Source: Bryobacteraceae bacterium
GTDB taxonomy: Bacteria; Acidobacteriota; Terriglobia; Bryobacterales; Bryobacteraceae
Assembly (NCBI GenBank): GCA_046155405.1
Contig: JBJXFL010000014.1
Span: 18,119-82,118 of the forward strand
Length of the DNA: 64,000 nucleotides
Direction of reading: 5' to 3'
Under the pieces are notes generated by a model, which worked only from the letters and a program-made list of their open reading frames with translations, ran no database searches and was not told the origin of the DNA. Made by a program: the position numbers and the translations under genes. This document shows, in pieces, positions 1 to 7,367 of this stretch. The number at the start of each line of letters is the position of its first letter. The stretch's first letter is position 1.

Positions 1-235
1 CCGGACCGTGCACATGGTCCGCCCCGTGTCCCCGGCATTCGTGCCCAGCGGTGCAATCTTCCGGGTTCGATTTGCCGACCGCAATCGCATGTTCGTCGTA
101 GTGGTCGCTGTGATGATGGTGCAAGTGGCCGTCGTGCAGGTAATCGACGTGATCGTCATGCTGCACGGCGGTATGTCCGCATCCCGGTCCGTGGATGTGG
201 ATGTGGTCGCTATCGGTGTGAATCTGGTGCGACAT
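1..235 (-). CDS. His-rich putative metal-binding protein (N-terminal part only; the gene runs off the left edge)
   Basis: Absent from the ORF track because it has no in-window stop. The reverse-strand ATG at 235-233 is preceded by AAGGAAG. My translation: MSHQIHTDSDHIHIHGPGCGHTAVQHDDHVDYLHDGHLHHHHSDHYDEHAIAVGKSNPEDCTAGHECRGHGADHVHGP... (20 His and 3 Cys in 78 aa). It lies directly downstream of the ArsR/SmtB gene, with a 26-nt overlap. The + strand ORF 8..268 is its antisense shadow. Confidence 0.5.
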   Translation of the reverse strand, partial: MSHQIHTDSDHIHIHGPGCGHTAVQHDDHVDYLHDGHLHHHHSDHYDEHAIAVGKSNPEDCTAGHECRGHGADHVHGP

Positions 236-626
236 AGGCTGTTACTTCTTCCTTTCGTCCCAAAATAAAAACCTGCCGGGGCTCGTTGGCATGCTCCAGG
301 GCATTGAAAATCAGGTCCGCCACATGTTGATCGGCCAAGCCATACAGAATGTGCTTCCCCTGGCGGCGCCGCGAGACCAGCCCTTCGTTTCGCAAAATCC
401 GAAGCCGCTGCGAAATCGTGGAGATCTCCTCGCCTTCCGCCTCCGAAACCTCGGTGACGCAGGCTTCCCCGCGCGCCAACAGAGCCAAAAGCCGTAGTCG
501 CGAAGGGTCTCCCAACGCCCGGAAAATTCGCGACGCCCGCACCAGCGCCACTTCGTCGACATTCATCTCCGGGCGCGACGCGGAGTGCTCTTCGGGATGG
601 CAGGTGGGGTCGGCGATGCGCGGCAT
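210..626 (-). CDS. ArsR/SmtB-family metal-sensing repressor (CzrA/SmtB-like alpha5 site)
   Basis: Winged-HTH signature ALGDPSRLRLLALLARGEACVTEVSEAEGEEISTISQRLRILRNEGLV. An alpha5 metal-site pattern D99-x-H101-x10-H112-x2-E115 (LADQHVADLIFNALEHANE) is present. The N-terminus carries Cys/His (PTCHPEEH). An alternative start is M21 at 566. Confidence 0.85.
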   Translation of the reverse strand: MPRIADPTCHPEEHSASRPEMNVDEVALVRASRIFRALGDPSRLRLLALLARGEACVTEVSEAEGEEISTISQRLRILRNEGLVSRRRQGKHILYGLADQHVADLIFNALEHANEPRQVFILGRKEEVTAYVAPDSHR

Positions 627-632
627 TAACTA

Positions 633-658
633 AACATTTGAACAACTGTTCAAATGTT
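633..658. promoter_or_regulatory. Perfect 12-2-12 inverted repeat, candidate ArsR/SmtB operator
   Basis: AACATTTGAACA-AC-TGTTCAAATGTT; the arms are exact reverse complements. It contains the TGAACA..TGTTCA core typical of SmtB/CzrA 12-2-12 operators and sits 7 nt upstream of the arsR-like start codon. Confidence 0.6.
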
Positions 659-687
659 AGAATACTATGGCCCTCATGGGTTGTCAA
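659..687 (-). promoter_or_regulatory. Candidate sigma70-type promoter of the ArsR-like gene
   Basis: On the minus strand: TTGACA (687-682), a 17-nt spacer, then TATTCT (664-659). The -10 directly abuts the 12-2-12 palindrome, which is classic repressor-occlusion geometry. Confidence 0.45.
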
Positions 688-714
688 CGTGATAACCTTG
701 TAAAGTCACCGCAC

Positions 715-1734
715 ATGAAAAAGGCACTAATCACTGGGGTAACGGGCCAAGACGGCTCCTATTTGGCCGAATTCCTCTTGCACAAAGGGTACGAAGTACA
801 TGGGATCAAGCGCCGCTCGAGCAGCTTCAATACCGGACGTGTAGATAGCATCTACACCGATTTGCATGAGCACAATAAGCGCTTCTACCTTCACTTCGGC
901 GACCTGTCCGATACGAGTAGCCTTTGGACGTTGCTTTACGATATTCGCCCGGACGAAGTTTACAATCTTGCCGCCCAGAGCCATGTCCGGGTAAGTTTCG
1001 ACATCCCGGAAAGCACCGGCGATATCACGGGAATGGGCGCCCTTCGCCTGTTGGAAGGTCTTCGCAAGACGGGCGTGAAGGCGCGGTTTTATCAGGCGTC
1101 ATCCAGCGAAATGTTTGGCTCCACGCCCCCGCCGCAGCATGAGAATACTCCGTTTCACCCCCGCAGCCCCTATGCCTGCGCCAAGTTGTTCGCCCACGCG
1201 ATGACGGTCAACTATCGCGAAAGCTACAACATGTTCGCCGTCAGCGGCATCCTCTTTAATCACGAGTCGCCGCGGCGCGGCGAAACGTTCGTTACCCGGA
1301 AAATCGCCCGCGCCGTCGCCCACATTCAGGCGGGCCTGCAGGAGAAACTCTATCTCGGCAATCTTGACGCCAAGCGCGATTGGGGCTTCGCCAAGGAATA
1401 CGTGGAAGCCATGTGGATGATGCTACAGCAGGACACGCCGGCCGATTATGCGATCGGCACGGGAGAGACCCATAGCGTCCGTGAGTTTGTGGAAGTGTCG
1501 TTCGGCCACGTCAATCTCGATTGGAAGAAATATGTCGATTTCGACGCCCGTTACAACCGGCCCGCCGAAGTCGACGCACTGATGGCGGACCCGGCGAAAG
1601 CACGGGAGCAACTGGGGTGGCGACATCGGACAGGTTTCGCCGAATTGGTCCGGCTGATGGTCGATGCCGAGATTGACGCCATTGAACGGCAGCGGTCCGG
1701 TGTTGTATCGGTGGCGGCGGCTTACAACGCATAG
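715..1734 (+). CDS. gmd: GDP-mannose 4,6-dehydratase
   Basis: [22 protein letters not shown] Rossmann N-terminus, plus the [19 protein letters not shown] and [20 protein letters not shown] signatures. I moved the start from 667 to the ATG at 715 because 667-714 overlaps the arsR promoter and adds a non-homologous extension. Confidence 0.93.
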   Translation: MKKALITGVTGQDGSYLAEFLLHKGYEVHGIKRRSSSFNTGRVDSIYTDLHEHNKRFYLHFGDLSDTSSLWTLLYDIRPDEVYNLAAQSHVRVSFDIPESTGDITGMGALRLLEGLRKTGVKARFYQASSSEMFGSTPPPQHENTPFHPRSPYACAKLFAHAMTVNYRESYNMFAVSGILFNHESPRRGETFVTRKIARAVAHIQAGLQEKLYLGNLDAKRDWGFAKEYVEAMWMMLQQDTPADYAIGTGETHSVREFVEVSFGHVNLDWKKYVDFDARYNRPAEVDALMADPAKAREQLGWRHRTGFAELVRLMVDAEIDAIERQRSGVVSVAAAYNA

Positions 1735-1741
1735 GAGCAGG

Positions 1742-2698
1742 ATGTTGGACTTAAGCGGAAAAAGAATCGTCGTTACCGGCGGCGGCGGCTTTCTCGGTTC
1801 GTTTGTGGTGGAACGTCTGCGCGAGCGGAATTGCGAGCGGGTTATGGTCCCTCGCCGCCGGGAATTCGACCTGACGACGATGGATGGCATTGAGAAGATG
1901 TTTGCGGCCTATCGGCCGGAGGTGATTTTCCACCTTGCGGCGGTGGTTGGCGGAATTGGCGCCAACAAGCTAAATCCCGGCTCGTTCTTCTACCAGAACG
2001 CGATCATGGGTATTCAACTTATTGAGGCCGCCCGCGTTCACGGGGTCGAAAAGACCATTGTGGCGGGCTCCATCTGTTCTTATCCGAAGTTTACGCCGGT
2101 ACCGTTCAAGGAAGAAGATCTTTGGAACGGCTACCCGGAGGAGACGAACGCCGCTTATGGAATCGCGAAGAAATCGCTGCTGGTGATGTGCCAGGCCTAT
2201 CGCCAGCAGTACGGCATGAATGCCATCTTTTTGATGCCGGTCAACCTCTATGGACCCCGGGATAACTTCGATCTCGAGTCCTCGCACGTCATTCCCGCGC
2301 TTATTCGAAAGGCTATTGAGGCCCGCGACGGCGGCGTGAAGGAACTGCATTGCTGGGGTGACGGCTCTCCGACGCGGGAATTTCTGTATGTCGAGGATGC
2401 GGCCGAGGGATTGATCTCCGGCGCCGAGAGTTACGACGGCGAAGAACCGGTGAACCTGGGCAGCGGCTTCGAGGTTTCCATTAAGGATTTGACGCACAAG
2501 ATTACCCGCCTGTCCGGCTTTGAAGGCTCGCTGGTTTGGGACACGTCCCGTCCCAATGGGCAACCACGCCGCATGCTCGACACGACCCGCGCCGCCGCAT
2601 TGTTCGGATTTCGGGCCAAGGTGAACTTAGACGAAGGCATCGCGAAGACAATCGCCTGGTACGAAACGAACCCGGTAGGCGCGGCCGTTACGGTCTAG
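1742..2698 (+). CDS. fcl: GDP-L-fucose synthase (GDP-4-keto-6-deoxymannose 3,5-epimerase/4-reductase)
   Basis: SDR fold with [13 protein letters not shown]; typical Fcl motifs [14 protein letters not shown] (YxxxK) and [13 protein letters not shown]. It lies 7 nt after gmd. Start moved to the ATG at 1742. Confidence 0.9.
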   Translation: MLDLSGKRIVVTGGGGFLGSFVVERLRERNCERVMVPRRREFDLTTMDGIEKMFAAYRPEVIFHLAAVVGGIGANKLNPGSFFYQNAIMGIQLIEAARVHGVEKTIVAGSICSYPKFTPVPFKEEDLWNGYPEETNAAYGIAKKSLLVMCQAYRQQYGMNAIFLMPVNLYGPRDNFDLESSHVIPALIRKAIEARDGGVKELHCWGDGSPTREFLYVEDAAEGLISGAESYDGEEPVNLGSGFEVSIKDLTHKITRLSGFEGSLVWDTSRPNGQPRRMLDTTRAAALFGFRAKVNLDEGIAKTIAWYETNPVGAAVTV

Positions 2699-2704
2699 CG
2701 CAAC

Positions 2705-3115
2705 ATGCTCCCTTCGGAATCCCCAGCCGCCGTCCAAAACCTGCGGGAACAAGTGAGTAATTTGGAGTTGGCGCTGCTGCGGCAGCGGTCACTTCTGGAG
2801 CAGTGCCGGCAGCGACAGGCACTATTCGAAAATGCCGCCGCCGAGCGACTGGTAGTGATCGAGCGGGGAGACAGGCTCTTGAAGGAGCGGGCGGATGAAA
2901 TCGACCGTCTGCGCCGCCAGATTGAAGAACTAACCCAAGCTATCGCGGGCCACGCCGAAGAAAGGAATCGGCTTGAGGGGGCTTACCGCGAATCGAGCCG
3001 CGGGATGGCGGAACTCGCCAGCCGTGAGCGCACGCTGACCCGGGAGATTCTTGAACTACGGAATGAGGGGCTGTTACACTCAATCGTCCGCCGATTAAGC
3101 GGAATTTTCTCGTAA
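2705..3115 (+). CDS. Coiled-coil hypothetical protein
   Basis: Heptad-like, charged and Leu-rich sequence (LREQVSNLELALLRQRSLLEQ..., IDRLRRQIEELTQAI). Its stop overlaps the next start (TAATG at 3113-3117). Confidence 0.6.
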   Translation: MLPSESPAAVQNLREQVSNLELALLRQRSLLEQCRQRQALFENAAAERLVVIERGDRLLKERADEIDRLRRQIEELTQAIAGHAEERNRLEGAYRESSRGMAELASRERTLTREILELRNEGLLHSIVRRLSGIFS

Positions 3116-5457
3116 TGCCCCCCCTCTCCACCATGCGAATTGCCGTCAACTTGCGCCAATATTACAAGGGCAAGATCGGCGGTATGGAAAATTACGTACG
3201 CAACGTATTGGCGGGCCTGGGGAACCACGCGCTGACCATTTGGGTGCACGAAGATGAAGTGGAGAACGTGCGGGATTTCGCGCCCAGTGCGGACATCATC
3301 GGCATTACGCACCAACAGGGCGCGGACGCCATCGAGAAGGGCTTGCAGGCGGGTTCGTTTGACGTGTTCTTCTGTCCCTTGCTCGTGCTCGAACCGCTGG
3401 TTGTAGGGCTGCCATCCGCCGTGATGATGCCCGACGTGCAGCATGAGTTTTTCCCGGAGTTCTTTGAGCAACAGGTTCTGCAATGGCGACGGCAAACGTA
3501 CGGCCCCAGCGCCCTGAACGCCGACGTACTCTTCACGCTGAGCGAGCATGCCGAAGCGACCATCGTCGAGAAATTCCGCATCGATCCCGAGAAGATCGTG
3601 GTCATTCACCTCGACGCCGACCCAGAGTTCCGCAAACCTTTGCCGGACAGGCCGTCGCGCGCTTTTCAGGACCTGAAACTCCCGGCGAAATACCTCTATT
3701 TTCCGGCGAATTTCTGGCCTCATAAAAATCACGGCAACGTCGTGCGGGCCCTTCAAATCGCCATCGAAAGAGGCGAGGACCTGCACCTGGTCTTGAGCGG
3801 CTCCCCAGCGGGCGGCGAAAAGCTGCAGGAAGAAGTGAAACGGCTCGGTCTTCGGGACCGGGTCCATTTCAAGGGGTACCTCGACAAGCGGATTATCCCG
3901 GAGGTTTATCGCAACTCGATGGCCCTGCTGTTCGCCACCAAGTTTGAAGGCTTCGGTATTCCTCTGCTCGAGGCGTTCTATTGCGGCACGCCAGCCATCA
4001 CTTCCCACTCCGGCAGTTGCGTGGAGGTCGCCGGGGAGGCCGCCGTTCCGGTTGATCCGCTTTCCTCCGAGAGCATCGCGGAAGGAATCCTCCAAGTGGC
4101 CCGCGATCCCGCGCTGCGCCAGCGTCTAATCGCCAGGGGCGCCGAGCGGGTCAAACAGTTCTCCTGGCAGCGCGCCGTCTCTCTTACCGAGCGGGCGTTT
4201 CAAAAAATCGCCAGTCCGTCCTACCGGCGCCCATCCCGTATTTCCGTCGAGGAGTGGCCGCGCATCGGCATCGTAACGCCCACCTACAACATGGCCGAAT
4301 TCCTGGAGGAGACCATCGTCAGCGTGCTCTCCCAGGACTACCCGAGTCTCGACTATATCGTCATGGATGGCGGGTCGAAGGACGGAACCACGGAGATCCT
4401 GCGCAAATACGAAGGCAAGCTGCGCTGGCGCTCCGAACGCGACAAGGGACAGGGCGACGCCATCAACAAAGGCTGGCACGCGCTTACCGGCGACATCTTC
4501 GCCTATTTGAACGCCGACGACACCTATCTGCCCAACGCCCTTGCCACCGTCGCCGGCCATTTCAAGCGAAATCCAGGCGTTGGCATGATCTATGGCGAAG
4601 CCTATCATGTCGACGTGAGGGGGAAGATCCTTGAGCGCTATCCCACGCGGGCATTTGACTTCAAGACCCTTAATACGCACTGTTACGTCTGCCAGCCCTC
4701 CGCCTTTCTGCTCCGCGAAGCGTACGCCAACGCGGGCATGATCGACGTTAATATGCATTTCGCGCTCGACTACGACCTATGGATCCGCGTCGCCAAAATG
4801 TATGGCGTGCGTAAGGTCGACGAGTACCTGGCCACTTCCCGAATGCACATGGACAATAAGACTCTATCCAGTCGCCGCCAGGTTTACCAGGAGATCATCG
4901 GGACAGTGAAGAGGGAGTACAGCTATGTCCCATATGAGTGGATCAATGGCTACGCCTGTTACCTGTTGGACAGGAAGGATCAGTACTTCGACCGGTCCAA
5001 ACCGTCGCTACGCTCTTACGCCCTCAGCCTGCTGCTTGGCGGTTATCACAACCCTCACAACCTGAAGCGCTACTGGGCCGATTGGCGCCGCATGACCGGC
5101 TTCGGCGGTCAGTTCACCGGACGCTGGGAGGACGGCTGGATTTCCCGCCGCTATGAAAGCGAACTCCACGTGGGCGCCAACAGCCGTCTGCTTCGCATCG
5201 CCGGTAAACACTTCGCGCCTATCGATAATCTCCGGCTGATCGTCCGTCTTAACGGCCGCACGCTGGAAGAAAAGCGCCTGCCCGCGCGCGGGCCTTTCGT
5301 GCTGGAACTTGCGCTCCCGGAAGACCTCCGCGGCAAGCAGTGCCGGCTGTCGATCGAAACCGACCGCACCTGGCGTCCCAAGGAGAACGGGGATTTCCGC
5401 CAACTTTCGTGCATCATCGACACAATGGAACAGGCGGCGGCGAGAGCCCAATCGTGA
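3115..5457 (+). CDS. Bifunctional glycosyltransferase: N-terminal GT4 (group 1) plus central GT2, with a C-terminal paralogous module
   Basis: GT4 E-x7-E region FEGFGIPLLEAFYCGTP. GT2 signature IGIVTPTYNMAEFLEETIVSVLSQDYPSLDYIVMDGGSKDGT ... YLNADD. The C-terminal ~120 aa (DGW...) is shared with the next gene. Confidence 0.88.
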   Translation: MPPLSTMRIAVNLRQYYKGKIGGMENYVRNVLAGLGNHALTIWVHEDEVENVRDFAPSADIIGITHQQGADAIEKGLQAGSFDVFFCPLLVLEPLVVGLPSAVMMPDVQHEFFPEFFEQQVLQWRRQTYGPSALNADVLFTLSEHAEATIVEKFRIDPEKIVVIHLDADPEFRKPLPDRPSRAFQDLKLPAKYLYFPANFWPHKNHGNVVRALQIAIERGEDLHLVLSGSPAGGEKLQEEVKRLGLRDRVHFKGYLDKRIIPEVYRNSMALLFATKFEGFGIPLLEAFYCGTPAITSHSGSCVEVAGEAAVPVDPLSSESIAEGILQVARDPALRQRLIARGAERVKQFSWQRAVSLTERAFQKIASPSYRRPSRISVEEWPRIGIVTPTYNMAEFLEETIVSVLSQDYPSLDYIVMDGGSKDGTTEILRKYEGKLRWRSERDKGQGDAINKGWHALTGDIFAYLNADDTYLPNALATVAGHFKRNPGVGMIYGEAYHVDVRGKILERYPTRAFDFKTLNTHCYVCQPSAFLLREAYANAGMIDVNMHFALDYDLWIRVAKMYGVRKVDEYLATSRMHMDNKTLSSRRQVYQEIIGTVKREYSYVPYEWINGYACYLLDRKDQYFDRSKPSLRSYALSLLLGGYHNPHNLKRYWADWRRMTGFGGQFTGRWEDGWISRRYESELHVGANSRLLRIAGKHFAPIDNLRLIVRLNGRTLEEKRLPARGPFVLELALPEDLRGKQCRLSIETDRTWRPKENGDFRQLSCIIDTMEQAAARAQS

Positions 5458-6632
5458 GCGGGCCTCTTGTTACGATAGTCACTCCGTCGTATAACCAGGG
5501 ACACTTCATTACCGCCACCATTGAAAGCGTGCTGTCACAGGATTATCCGCGCATCGAATACATCATTATGGATGGCGGTTCCACCGACTTTACCGCCGAA
5601 GCGGTCCGCCCCTTTCTTGACCGCCTCACGTTCATATCGGAAAAGGACCGCGGCCAGACCCACGCTATTAACAAAGGCCTTCGCATGGCCAAGGGCGAAG
5701 TTGTGGCGTACCTTAACTCGGACGATACACTTCTTCCCAACGCCGTCACCCGCGCCGTCGCCGCGCTGGACCGCCATCCGGATGTGGGAGCCATTTACGG
5801 CGACGGCTATCAAATCGATTACCACGGCAATGTCAAGGGACAGTTTCCTTTCACGGAACCGTTCAACCTGTGGAAACTGACCTTCGCGCTCGACTATATT
5901 CTGCAACAGTCGGTGTTCTTCCGGCGCTCGTGCGTCGAGGAAATCGGCGGGTTCAACGAAGACCTGCATTTCGGCATGGACTGGGACATTCTGGTTCGCC
6001 TCGGTAAACGATACGGGCTCGCCTACGTGCCCGAAACATTGGGTTGCCTGCGCGAATACGACGAGGCCAAATCGTTCTCCGGAGGTACCCGCCGCTTTGA
6101 CGAACTCGCGCGCTTGCTTCGCTCCCAGACCGGTGAAAGGTACCCGCCCGGCTGGTGGTTTTACGGTCTCGACACCTACGACAAAATTTGGAGCGAGCAC
6201 ATCCGCCGCTGGATTCCCGGACGGCTCGGCCGCTATCTGGCGATGCGTTTCGTCCACTTCTGCCGGGCTGGTATCGACCGCGTCCAGTTCCATTCCCAGG
6301 GCATTTTTCCCGATGGTTGGGCCGCGGAGACACTGCACTGGATGATGCCCGCTTGTTATTCCCACGCGGTCATTCGGGGCGGGCTTCCCGCCTGGGCAAA
6401 GCCGCTTGAACGCCAACGGCTGCGGATTTACGTGAACGAAATCCTGGCGGCGGAGGAGTGGCCCGGCTATGGCGAATTTGCGATTACCATCCCGCTACAA
6501 AATATGGCGGAGCCAAAAGCTTCGGTTCTGCGCATTGAGTCGGCCTGTGTCGTGGTACCGTCCAGGGAACGGCTCGGCGCCGACTCCCGCCGGCTGGCTT
6601 GGCAGATCCTGGGTTTTGACGGGAAGCGCTAA
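5454..6632 (+). CDS. GT2-family glycosyltransferase
   Basis: VTIVTPSYNQGHFITATIESVLSQDYPRIEYIIMDGGSTDFT ... YLNSDD. I prefer the GTG at 5454 (a GTGA overlap with the upstream stop) over the track start at 5340, which overlaps the previous gene by 118 nt. Confidence 0.85.
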   Translation: MSGPLVTIVTPSYNQGHFITATIESVLSQDYPRIEYIIMDGGSTDFTAEAVRPFLDRLTFISEKDRGQTHAINKGLRMAKGEVVAYLNSDDTLLPNAVTRAVAALDRHPDVGAIYGDGYQIDYHGNVKGQFPFTEPFNLWKLTFALDYILQQSVFFRRSCVEEIGGFNEDLHFGMDWDILVRLGKRYGLAYVPETLGCLREYDEAKSFSGGTRRFDELARLLRSQTGERYPPGWWFYGLDTYDKIWSEHIRRWIPGRLGRYLAMRFVHFCRAGIDRVQFHSQGIFPDGWAAETLHWMMPACYSHAVIRGGLPAWAKPLERQRLRIYVNEILAAEEWPGYGEFAITIPLQNMAEPKASVLRIESACVVVPSRERLGADSRRLAWQILGFDGKR

Positions 6633-6647
6633 GACACCGGTGAGAGA

Positions 6648-6941
6648 CTACTGGAATGGAATTTCTACTTCGGTGTAACTGCCGGATGTGGCGGCGTTTA
6701 CGGCCAACGCACCTCGGTCAAGGTAAAGCCGCACCAGTCGATCGAATCCAGCGGCCTCGGCTACCCTGAGCAGTTCACCGTTAGAAATCCTGTCCCATCC
6801 TCGTTCTATCGCCTCAGTGACTTCGTGACCCGAAAGCGACCCGGCGATGCCGCTTGGGGTACCGTGGTCAAAAAGAATGCGCGTCAGTCGAAGATGCCGC
6901 ACCGACAATAACCGGCGGCACGTCAAGGCTGCGGGCGGCAA
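6648..6941 (-). CDS. DUF5615-like (PIN-like) toxin homolog, apparently shortened or degenerate
   Basis: RILFDHGTPSGIAGSLSGHEVTEAIERGWDRISNGELLRVAEAAGFD and the terminal GSYTEVEIP resemble the two ends of the DUF5615 partners of DUF433 antitoxins. The central part of the family as I recall it seems to be missing, and there is no canonical start next to the domain start. Confidence 0.45.
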   Translation of the reverse strand: MPPAALTCRRLLSVRHLRLTRILFDHGTPSGIAGSLSGHEVTEAIERGWDRISNGELLRVAEAAGFDRLVRLYLDRGALAVNAATSGSYTEVEIPFQ

Positions 6942-7134
6942 ATTCGAGCACGGCCTGAATCTGTTCCCGCGTCACATGAAACTGTTCGATGATTTCTTCG
7001 ATGCTCGAACCCGCTTAAAGATTTTCAAAAACCGTAGCGACGGGCATCCGGGTATCGCGGAACACCCATGCGCCGCCGCGTCTGTCCGCCACGCTCTCCA
7101 CGGCGGGGCATTGTGACCAGTCGAGATTTGCCAT
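6868..7134 (-). pseudogene. DUF433-family antitoxin-like gene interrupted by an in-frame TAA
   Basis: ATG at 7134 preceded by AAGGAGG. Translation: MANLDWSQCPAVESVADRRGGAWVFRDTRMPVATVFENL-TAA(7017-7015)-AGSSIEEIIEQFHVTREQIQAVLEFAARSL...-TGA(6870-6868). The DUF433 pattern (GTR.PV..v...l.aG.s.eeI...f) runs straight through the stop, and the uninterrupted length would be a typical 88 aa. Confidence 0.6.
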
Positions 7135-7254
7135 ATTCCCGCCCTCCTTACAATCGTAGCTTTTTATCGCGGTTCGGCGGCGGTGTTCTTGGGATCGCTT
7201 TCGAACCAAACCTCGCCCGTTGGAGCCGTGCCTGCGCGGCCTGTGCGCTCTTCA

Positions 7255-7367
7255 ATCACCGTCCCCGTGCAAAACACGCGAGAGCAAATGGCCGCCGCGC
7301 CGGCCTTGAGAGATGGCATCGGCGCCGACTGGCTTGCCAAATCCTCGGTTTCGATGGGAAGCGCTAA
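7255..7367 (+). pseudogene. Relic 3' end of a paralog of the 5454..6632 GT2 gene (frameshifted)
   Basis: ITVPVQN...GIGAD (frame of ORF 7183) followed by RRLACQILGFDGKR-stop (frame of ORF 7068) mirrors ITIPLQN...LGADSRRLAWQILGFDGKR-stop of the intact gene. Bases 7321-7370 align to 6576-6635 with a 10-nt deletion; the 41 bases after the deletion match at 36/41. Confidence 0.55.

Noticed and set aside
61-75. GGTTCGATT string resembling a tRNA T-arm
   Set aside because: No acceptor or anticodon stems can be built around it, and it lies inside the His-rich coding frame.
8-268. 86-aa + strand ORF at the left edge
   Set aside because: It is hydrophobic and Val-rich with no motif. It lies exactly antisense to a far more distinctive His-rich frame that is positioned as the second gene of the ArsR operon, so I treat it as a high-GC shadow ORF.
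667-714. Upstream ATG for gmd, and similar long 5' extensions of fcl (1664), the GT2 gene (5340), feoA (16536), the astacin gene (29616), gmd2 (8410) and tauE (38147)
   Set aside because: The extensions overlap upstream genes or promoters and add non-homologous residues. Internal starts coincide with family N-termini or signal peptides, and often with stop/start coupling.
2983-4095. 370-aa minus-strand ORF, plus many similar long antisense ORFs (7313..8305 +, 21059..22387 +, 28092..29105 -, 29784..31742 -, 31864..33354 -, 43295..44386 -, 46091..46996 -, 50884..51771 -, 53246..54238 -, 54269..55207 -, 58531..59556 -, 61759..62550 +)
   Set aside because: Each lies fully inside, and antisense to, a gene with unmistakable family motifs. 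Their translations are Arg/Pro/His/Gln-rich low-complexity strings, typical of non-coding frames in high-GC DNA.
6636-7320. Possibility that the TA cassette is part of a mobile element (IS, integron cassette or integrative island)
   Set aside because: No transposase, integrase, terminal inverted repeats or attC-like structure is visible. Only the duplicated GT 3' end flanks it, so I report the duplication but make no mobile-element call.
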